DNA from: an uncultured Phycisphaerales bacterium
GTDB taxonomy: Bacteria > Planctomycetota > Phycisphaerae > Phycisphaerales > SM1A02
Reading direction: 5' to 3'
Length of the DNA stretch: 64,000 nucleotides
NCBI GenBank assembly: GCA_938084645.1
Contig: CALKEP010000005.1
Span: forward strand, 1 to 64,000
Part shown: positions 57,245 to 64,000 of the stretch, piece after piece
Position numbering within the stretch: the first letter of the stretch is position 1
How the letters are laid out: each line of letters opens with the position of its first letter
Translations under genes and position numbers: made by a program
Notes under the pieces: model-generated
What the model was told of the DNA's origin: nothing
The model's database searches: none
Seen by the model: only the letters and a program-made list of their open reading frames with translations

Positions 57245-59803
57245 TCAGGCCGAGGCGGCGTTCGCGGGATCGGGCTCCGGTTCCGGCGAATCGTCGTCAC
57301 CGCCGCCATCCTCGTCGCCGCCGCTTCGGGTCGCTTCGAAGGAGAGGTGATCCTGTTCCTCCTTGCGGGTGACCTTGATCGAATCCCCTTCGAGGAACTC
57401 ACCGGAGAGGAGGTTCTCCGCGAGCGGATCCTCGATGTAGGTCGAGAGGGCCCGGCGAAGCGGACGTGCACCGAAGTCGGGGTTGTATCCCTTGTCGATG
57501 AGGAAGTCCTTCGCCGCCGCGTCGAGGTCCAGGGTCATGTTCTTCGCGGCGAGCCGCTCCCGGACCTTGGAGAGTTCGAACTCGATGATCGAGGTGAGGT
57601 TCTCGCGATCGAGCGGACGGAAGACGATGACCTCGTCGAGGCGGTTGATGAACTCGGGGCGGAAGAACTTCTCGATCTCGCTCATCAGCGAGTTCCGCAT
57701 CTTGTCGTAGTCCTGCACGTCGGTCCGCTTCGCGAAACCGAAGCTGGCCCCGCCCTTGATCAGGTCGGCGCCGATGTTCGACGTCATGATCAGGATCACG
57801 TTCTTGAAGTCGACGTGTCGACCGAAGGAGTCCGTGAGTCGCCCCTCCTCCATGATCTGGAGGAGCATGTTGAAGCAGTCCGGATGCGCCTTCTCGACTT
57901 CGTCGAGCAGCACCACCGCGTAGGGGCGGCGACGGATCCGTTCGGTGAGCTGGCCGCCCTCCTCGTATCCGACGTATCCCGGAGGGGCACCGATCAGTCG
58001 ACTGACGTTGTGCTTCTCCATGTACTCCGACATGTCGAGGTAGATGAGCGCGTCGGCGTCCCCGAACAGGAACTCCGCGAGCGCCTTCGCGAGCAGCGTC
58101 TTGCCCACGCCGGACGGGCCGACGAAGATGAACGATCCCATCGGACGTCGCGGATCCTTGAGACCCGAGCGGGCCTTCCGGATCGCCTTCGCGACGGCCC
58201 TGACCGCGTCGTCCTGGCTGACCACGGTCTTGTGGAGCTCGTCCTCGAGGGCGAGAAGCCGTTCGGACTCCTCCTTCTCGAGCCGGGTGAGCGGGACGCC
58301 GGTCATCTTGGAGACGACCTCCGCGATCACCTCTTCGTCGACGGTGCCGATCGTCTCGTTCATCTGCTCGCGCCACTCCTGCTGGATCCGCTCCTTCTCC
58401 TTGCGGAGCTTTTCGGCGGTGTCCCGGAGTTCGGCGGCCTTCTCGTAGTCCGCGCCCTTGACGGCTTCGTCCTTCTCGACGGCGAGACGCTCGATCTTCT
58501 CCTCGAGCTCCGCGAGATCAGGCGGCTTGGTCATGCTCTTGAGTCGCAGCCGAGCGCCGGCTTCGTCGATCACATCGATCGACTTGTCGGGGTGGACCCG
58601 GGAGGGGATGTAGCGACCCGAAAGGTCGACCGCCGCCCGGAGCGCCTCGTCGGTGATCTTCACCTTGTGATGCGTTTCGTACTTCTCGCGGATGCCCTTG
58701 AGGATCTCGACCGTCTGGTCGGGGGTCGGGGGCTCCACCGCGATGGACTGGAATCGTCGCTCCAGCGCGGCGTCCTTCTCGATGTACTTCCGGTACTCGT
58801 CGAAGGTGGTGGCACCCACGCACTGGATCTCGCCGCGGGCGAGCGCCGGCTTCAGGACGTTCGATGCGTCGATGGCGCCTTCGGCACCACCGGCACCCAC
58901 CAGGGTGTGGAGTTCGTCGATGAAGAGCAGGACGTTCTTGGCCCGACGGACCTCGTTCATCACCGCCTTGATCCGCTCCTCGAACTGGCCTCGGTACTTG
59001 GTTCCCGCGACCATCGCCGCGAGATCGAGGACGACGAGTCGCTTGTCCCAGAGGAGGTCGGGGATGTCCTGATCGACGATCCGCTGGGCGAGGCCCTCGA
59101 CGATCGCCGTCTTGCCCACGCCCGCCTCGCCGAGCAGGACGGGGTTGTTCTTGGTGCGGCGGCAGAGGACCTGGACCAGTCGTTCGATCTCCATGGAACG
59201 CCCGATCACCGGATCGAGCTCGCCCTGCTTGGCGAGTTCGGTCAGGTCGCGGCCGAAGGAGTCGAGGGCCGGCGTCTTGCTCTTGCCGGCGGCACGACGG
59301 GGGCCTCCGCCCTGCGGACCCGCGGGGGTCTCGCCGGATTCGGGGGACTGTTCGTCGGGTTCGACACCGGCGCCGAGGAGGTTGAGCACCTCGTCGCGGA
59401 CTTCTTCGAGCTTCAATCCGAGGTTCATGAGCACCTGGGCGGCCACGCCGTCGTGTTCACGGAGCAGGCCGAGGAGCAGGTGCTCCGTGCCGACGTAGTT
59501 GTGGTTGAGGTTCCGGGCCTCCTCGATGGCGTACTCGATGACCTTCTTGGCTCGCGGCGTCTGCGGCAGCTTGCCCATCGTCACCATCTCGGGGCCGCTC
59601 TTGACGAGCTTCTCCACCTCGAGGCGGACCTTGCGAAGATCGATGTCGAGGTTCTTGAGGACGTTCGCACCGACCCCGGAACCCTCCTTCACGAGGCCGA
59701 GCAGGATGTGCTCCGTACCGATGTATTCATGGTTGAACCGCTGCGCCTCCTGATTGGCGAGGGCCATCACCTTGCGAGCTCGGTCGGTCAGTCTTTCGAA
59801 CAT
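57245..59803 (-). CDS. clpC: ATP-dependent Clp protease ATP-binding subunit ClpC
   Basis: [12 protein letters not shown], two Clp-N repeats ([16 protein letters not shown]), [11 protein letters not shown] middle domain ([10 protein letters not shown]), [18 protein letters not shown], a ClpP-binding-type FGF loop and FGARPLRR. Confidence 0.95.
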   Translation of the reverse strand: MFERLTDRARKVMALANQEAQRFNHEYIGTEHILLGLVKEGSGVGANVLKNLDIDLRKVRLEVEKLVKSGPEMVTMGKLPQTPRAKKVIEYAIEEARNLNHNYVGTEHLLLGLLREHDGVAAQVLMNLGLKLEEVRDEVLNLLGAGVEPDEQSPESGETPAGPQGGGPRRAAGKSKTPALDSFGRDLTELAKQGELDPVIGRSMEIERLVQVLCRRTKNNPVLLGEAGVGKTAIVEGLAQRIVDQDIPDLLWDKRLVVLDLAAMVAGTKYRGQFEERIKAVMNEVRRAKNVLLFIDELHTLVGAGGAEGAIDASNVLKPALARGEIQCVGATTFDEYRKYIEKDAALERRFQSIAVEPPTPDQTVEILKGIREKYETHHKVKITDEALRAAVDLSGRYIPSRVHPDKSIDVIDEAGARLRLKSMTKPPDLAELEEKIERLAVEKDEAVKGADYEKAAELRDTAEKLRKEKERIQQEWREQMNETIGTVDEEVIAEVVSKMTGVPLTRLEKEESERLLALEDELHKTVVSQDDAVRAVAKAIRKARSGLKDPRRPMGSFIFVGPSGVGKTLLAKALAEFLFGDADALIYLDMSEYMEKHNVSRLIGAPPGYVGYEEGGQLTERIRRRPYAVVLLDEVEKAHPDCFNMLLQIMEEGRLTDSFGRHVDFKNVILIMTSNIGADLIKGGASFGFAKRTDVQDYDKMRNSLMSEIEKFFRPEFINRLDEVIVFRPLDRENLTSIIEFELSKVRERLAAKNMTLDLDAAAKDFLIDKGYNPDFGARPLRRALSTYIEDPLAENLLSGEFLEGDSIKVTRKEEQDHLSFEATRSGGDEDGGGDDDSPEPEPDPANAASA

Positions 59804-59999
59804 GGGAATCTCCGGATTGTTGGCTGGTCGGCCTGCTTCACAATGGTACGCACGTGCCCGTCGCAGGGTCGTCCATCCCACGAGGTGGGGGGCAACATCC
59901 ATGCCGGAACCACCTGTAGCCCTTGCATCGGCCCGGAAACTGCCTCGATCGACCGGATATCCCGAATCGAAGTCAGGAATCCGCCCGTATGGTGGTTTC

Positions 60000-61433
60000 A
60001 TGCGTCGACTGGCTCCTGTCATCCTGACGGCTTGCGGCGTCCTGGCCTGCGGGGTTGCCACACCCGCCGCGGCCTCGACGGACGACCCGCCCGCAGAATC
60101 CACGGAACCCGCGTCTCCGGCAACGGCGTTCCAGGAGGGAGTGGTCGGGCTCGCGTCACCGCTGCCGCTTCGAATCGAGGATCTCGCGGGAAAAACGTAC
60201 GTTGGAAAGGTCGATCGTTTCGACGACGACGGCCTCTACGGTGCGATCGGATTCGTTCGCTGGGTGGATCTGAAGCCTGCGGATCGCTTCCGAATCGGGC
60301 GTTCCCTGCTCAGTCGGGCGCGTCGGGAGGATGTCGCAGGGCTCGCATGGCTGGTGTACATGCTGGAGGCGACTCGGACGGATGCGTTCCGGGATCGAGC
60401 CGTGAACCTGCTGATCGCGGCGGCGGGCGACGACGCCGACGCCTGGCTGGCGGAATCGAGTCGAAGAGCGCAAGAATTGCTCGATGCCTCAGCGGCGTTG
60501 GCGGCGGCGTCGGAAGCGGCCCGATTCAGGCGGGGGCGACCACATCACCACCCTCGTGGATCCAACGCCTGGCCGCCGATCGACGTTCGGACCGGGGTCG
60601 AGGCGGCGGACCGCCTCCGCGCGGCTGGCGAGGAGGCCACCGAAGGACTGGGGCTCGAGGGGGTTCGAACGCGAAGGACGATCGTGATCGGCGGTGGCGG
60701 GGTCGACCGACTCGCTCGCGTCGGTGTGCGATGCGACCGCTGGCTCGACGGAATCGCGGCGACGCTCGGACTTCCGCCGGGCCTCGACCCGTTCCCGGGC
60801 GGTGTTCTGCTGGTCGAGGTCGCGGATCATGATCAGCTTCGGATGTTGAGCGCCGGCCGGTTCGGGCATGAGGTGCTCGACGCCGACGACGCCATCGTCT
60901 TCGTGACCGACGATGGGCCGTTCATCATCACCGCGCCGCCCCGGGCCGAGCGGATCTCGAACGTCGCCCGGGGCATCGATCCCGATCGCGACCCGAACGC
61001 CGGCCTCGTCGCGGAAGAGGAGGTGCGATGCATCACCCGCGGCATGCTGGCGATGCTCGAGACGCGGCGTACGCTTCCCGCGTGGTTCGTCGAGGGACTG
61101 GCCGAGGCGATGGCGTCGACCCTCGTCCCCGGTTCCCGCATCGATGCGATTCGACGGCCCCGCGCCCTCGCTTCGATCCGGGAGGGGCGTTCGCCGCGAT
61201 GGATCCTCGACGTCGATGGTCACGATTCGGTCTTCGATCCGGGGGGGCTCGGGCGGGACGTCGCCTTCATCGTCGTCACCCGCCTGCTCGAAGCGGGGCC
61301 CGGCGTGGTCCCGGGCCTCGTCACCGATCTGAAAGCGGGACGATCGCTGGACGAAGCGTTCCGACGGCGGCTCGGCGTCTCGGCCGCCGCATGGTTCGCG
61401 GATACTGCCGACTGGTTCCGCTTCAACGACTGA
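60000..61433 (+). CDS. Hypothetical exported protein with a degenerate peptidase-MA-like C-terminal region
   Basis: Signal peptide MRRLAPVILTACGVLACGVATPAAA. LPAWFVEGLAE motif is present but there is no upstream HExxH. Confidence 0.65.
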   Translation: MRRLAPVILTACGVLACGVATPAAASTDDPPAESTEPASPATAFQEGVVGLASPLPLRIEDLAGKTYVGKVDRFDDDGLYGAIGFVRWVDLKPADRFRIGRSLLSRARREDVAGLAWLVYMLEATRTDAFRDRAVNLLIAAAGDDADAWLAESSRRAQELLDASAALAAASEAARFRRGRPHHHPRGSNAWPPIDVRTGVEAADRLRAAGEEATEGLGLEGVRTRRTIVIGGGGVDRLARVGVRCDRWLDGIAATLGLPPGLDPFPGGVLLVEVADHDQLRMLSAGRFGHEVLDADDAIVFVTDDGPFIITAPPRAERISNVARGIDPDRDPNAGLVAEEEVRCITRGMLAMLETRRTLPAWFVEGLAEAMASTLVPGSRIDAIRRPRALASIREGRSPRWILDVDGHDSVFDPGGLGRDVAFIVVTRLLEAGPGVVPGLVTDLKAGRSLDEAFRRRLGVSAAAWFADTADWFRFND

Positions 61434-61447
61434 TGCGCACGCCGGGT

Positions 61448-62863
61448 TCAGGCGGGACTCGTGCGACGGTCGACCGGGACGACGCACCAGGTCAGGAGGA
61501 GCGCCGCCGCCGCGAGCCCGAGGGCGAACAGGTAGCTCGTGGCGATTCCGGGTGCGTAGTCGGTCATCGCCGCACCGCCCTCGGCCCGGATCATCGCCGC
61601 CGATGCGACCACGCCGATGTTCCCGCTCATGATCATCACCGTGAGCATCGAGCCGCTGGCGAGCCCGACGTTCCGTTCCGGGATCGTGGCGATGCCGCCG
61701 GCCTGCGACATCGACCAGCCCCACGAGCAGCCGAAACCGACCACGAGCAGTCCGATCGCCAGCCAGGGAGAGACCTCGGACATCCAGAAGACGACGCAGG
61801 CCGCACTTTGAATCGCGGTGGCGAAGAGCAGCATGCGACGGGTGCCGACCCGACGCTGGATCGCGGGACCGATGAAGCCGGCGATCGCCACGGGGCCGCT
61901 GAGATACAGGAACTGGAATCCGGTGGTCATCGCATCGTCGCCACGCACCTCCTGCAGGTACAGGGTCGTCGCGAAGATCAGCACGCACCAGCAGGTGTTG
62001 CTCAGGCTGCCTCCGAGGAGGTAGCCCGCGAAGTGGCGATTGCCGAGCAGCCGGAGATCGATCAGCGGACTCGACCGCCGCAGCTCGCAGGGGATGAAGA
62101 GGATCAGGGCCAGGAGGCCGCCCCCGAGCATCGGGAGCCACGTCGTCGGGGGTGAATCGGGAATCCACGCGACCCCGATCGAGAGGCCGCCGATCCCCAG
62201 GGTGAGCAACGCGATGCCCGGGAAGTCGATGCGGCCTTCGCCGATGTCGGGGTTCCTGCTCTCCGAGGCGGAGATCAGGATCAGGACGAAGGCGATCGCG
62301 GAGAGCGGGAGATTGATGAGGAACACCCACCGCCAGTCCGCCAGTTCGGTGAAGACGCCGCCCACCACCGGACCGATCGCCATGCCGATGGTGGCGATGC
62401 CGGTGAGGATCGACATCATTCGCGGCAGTTCGGATCGGCTGGTGCTCGCGCCGACCACCGCGGTCGAAAGCGGGAAGAGGAGCCCGGCACCGACGCCGAG
62501 CGCGAGTCTCGACACGATCAGCATCGTCACGGAACCGGCGTATCCGACCCAGAGCGATGCCGCGCCGAACAGGACGATGCCCAGGAGAAGAAGTCGACGT
62601 CGGCCGTACCGGTCGCCGAGCGGACCTGCGATCGCGAGCACGATCGAGAAGGTCAGGACGTAGCCGGTGATCACCCATTGGAGGCTGTCGGCGGAGACGT
62701 CGAAGTCCCGTGCCATGCTCGGAAGGGTGATCGCCGTCGCGGTGTAGTCGATGACCACCAGCATCTGTGCGATGCCGGCGGCGAGAAGCAGGAGCAGGTT
62801 GGCGATCGGTCGCCGATGGGCGGGAAGCGGGGTGGAATCTGCTTCAGCGGCCTTCGGGCTCAA
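61448..62863 (-). CDS. MFS transporter, DHA2 (EmrB/QacA)-like
   Basis: LQWVITGYVL, GPLGDRYGRR motif A, GPVVGG, WRWVFLINLP and PLIDLRL, with ~14 hydrophobic segments. TTGA overlap with the ABC ATPase stop. Confidence 0.9.
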   Translation of the reverse strand: MSPKAAEADSTPLPAHRRPIANLLLLLAAGIAQMLVVIDYTATAITLPSMARDFDVSADSLQWVITGYVLTFSIVLAIAGPLGDRYGRRRLLLLGIVLFGAASLWVGYAGSVTMLIVSRLALGVGAGLLFPLSTAVVGASTSRSELPRMMSILTGIATIGMAIGPVVGGVFTELADWRWVFLINLPLSAIAFVLILISASESRNPDIGEGRIDFPGIALLTLGIGGLSIGVAWIPDSPPTTWLPMLGGGLLALILFIPCELRRSSPLIDLRLLGNRHFAGYLLGGSLSNTCWCVLIFATTLYLQEVRGDDAMTTGFQFLYLSGPVAIAGFIGPAIQRRVGTRRMLLFATAIQSAACVVFWMSEVSPWLAIGLLVVGFGCSWGWSMSQAGGIATIPERNVGLASGSMLTVMIMSGNIGVVASAAMIRAEGGAAMTDYAPGIATSYLFALGLAAAALLLTWCVVPVDRRTSPA

Positions 62864-63822
62864 GGGCTCGTCTCCACCGCTCGCCCGTCTTCGAGTCGCA
62901 CCACTCGGTCTGCGTACTCCGCGACGTTCGGATCATGGGTCACCATGACGATGGTCAACCCCGCGTCGTGTCGTTTCTTCAGGAGGTCGAGGATCTCGCG
63001 TCCGGTCGCGGCGTCGAGGTTCCCCGTCGGTTCGTCGGCGAGCAGGATGCCGGGGTCGCTGGCGAGGGCCCGGGCGATGGCGGTTCGCTGCCGCTCGCCG
63101 CCCGAGAGCTGACTGGGTTTGTGCCGGAGCCGGTGACCGAGGCCGAAGTCCTCGAGGGTCGCCCGGGACGCGGCGGCTTCCGGCCCCGACTGGAGTCGGA
63201 TCCGCTCGCCGATCACCTGGCCGATCTGGAGGAGCACCACGCCGACCGCGGCCCCAAGCACGCCGAAGACGGCCGCGATCACCGCCATCTTCGAGTCGGT
63301 CGCGACGTCCGCGTCCGGAAGGACGCCCTGGCCGGCGAAGAAGCCGATCGCGGCGCCGATGCCGCCACCCACGATGGCGGCGAGCAGGGGCAGGGTCGCG
63401 GCGATCCAGCGATTCGGAACGAGGCACGGCAGCATCGCGTTCTCGAGCACGCTCAGTTCGGGCAGCAGGTGATAGAACTGGAACACGAATCCGACGCTTC
63501 GATTCCGGTAGTGATTCAATTCGGCGTTGTTGAACCGGCTCACGTCCCGGCCTTCGTGCCGGATCGCGTCCCGTGTCGTGCCGCGGTCGGGCCGGTCCAG
63601 GCCGCCGAGCAGATGGAGAAGGGTGCTCTTTCCGCTTCCGCTCGCGCCGAGAATGGCGACCCATTCGCCCCGACGCACCTCGATCGACGCGTCCTCCAGC
63701 ACCCGGACCGGGATGCGTCCGAGTCGGTAGGTCTTCCGGACGCCGGTGGCCTGCAGGACGACCTGCGACGGTTCGCGGTCCGAGGCGGTCTTCGAGGATG
63801 TCGTCTTCGGTTCCTCGTTCAT
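62860..63822 (-). CDS. LolD-like ABC ATPase with an internal transmembrane-hairpin insertion
   Basis: GASGSGKSTLLHLLGGLD, GFVFQFYHLLPEL, LSGGERQR, LLADEPTGNLD and MVTHD motifs, with a ~75-aa hydrophobic insert before the signature motif. ATGA overlap with the permease. Confidence 0.88.
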   Translation of the reverse strand: MNEEPKTTSSKTASDREPSQVVLQATGVRKTYRLGRIPVRVLEDASIEVRRGEWVAILGASGSGKSTLLHLLGGLDRPDRGTTRDAIRHEGRDVSRFNNAELNHYRNRSVGFVFQFYHLLPELSVLENAMLPCLVPNRWIAATLPLLAAIVGGGIGAAIGFFAGQGVLPDADVATDSKMAVIAAVFGVLGAAVGVVLLQIGQVIGERIRLQSGPEAAASRATLEDFGLGHRLRHKPSQLSGGERQRTAIARALASDPGILLADEPTGNLDAATGREILDLLKKRHDAGLTIVMVTHDPNVAEYADRVVRLEDGRAVETSP

Positions 63823-64000
63823 TCGTAGCGAAGGGCTCGTACCGGATCGGTGTCCGCGGCCTTGGCCGCCGGGATGGCGGCGCCGAGGACGCTGAAGACG
63901 ACCGCACCGGCCATGGTGAGGGTGGCGCTGAACCAGTCGACCTGGTTCGGGATGGAATTGAAGTAGTAGACGGCGGGATCCCACATCAGGAATCCTCGAT
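63819..64000 (-). CDS. LolC/E (FtsX-like) ABC permease, 3' end only (truncated by the window)
   Basis: Translates as RGFLMWDPAVYYFNSIPNQVDW..GAAIPAAKAADTDPVRALRYE*, a classic LolC/E C-terminus. Confidence 0.85.
   Translation of the reverse strand, partial: RGFLMWDPAVYYFNSIPNQVDWFSATLTMAGAVVFSVLGAAIPAAKAADTDPVRALRYE

Noticed and set aside
1..64000. CRISPR array, cas genes, transposase, prophage or defence island
   Set aside because: No regularly spaced direct repeats or diagnostic protein motifs were seen. The PD-(D/E)XK nuclease is explained as AddB rather than Cas4.

Overview
High-GC bacterial chromosomal window, most likely from a planctomycete (Phycisphaerae-like). That assignment is inferred from gene content: an LpxC-FabZ fusion, squalene-hopene cyclase, a vWA/ExbBD/TPR operon, a class II DAHP synthase and an orphan nuoG. 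It is densely coding with mostly housekeeping genes: ettA, the bamA-skp-skp-lpxD-lpxC/fabZ envelope operon, gcvT, a group-2-type sigma-70, tRNA-Leu(TAG), a tandem ketosynthase pair, AddAB-like helicase/nuclease, nuoG, shc, arginase, an M1 aminopeptidase, a probable GH149 beta-1,3-glucan phosphorylase, rluA, nadB, clpC, an MFS transporter and the 3' end of a lolCE-lolD locus. I saw no CRISPR array, integrase, transposase or prophage. The most unusual observations are: (1) a LolD-type ABC ATPase with a ~75-aa two-helix hydrophobic hairpin inserted into its helical subdomain; (2) an M1 aminopeptidase ending in a GspG/pseudopilin-like domain; (3) a TonB-less vWA-ExbB-ExbD-ExbD-TPR operon; (4) a KS / degenerate-KS pair resembling a KS-CLF heterodimer; (5) a 36-aa membrane microprotein upstream of bamA that the ORF track misses; and (6) a 161-bp MITE-like element with perfect 19-bp terminal inverted repeats. 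All calls come from reading motifs by eye and no searches were run. Many start codons were re-chosen from the ORF track and are approximate.
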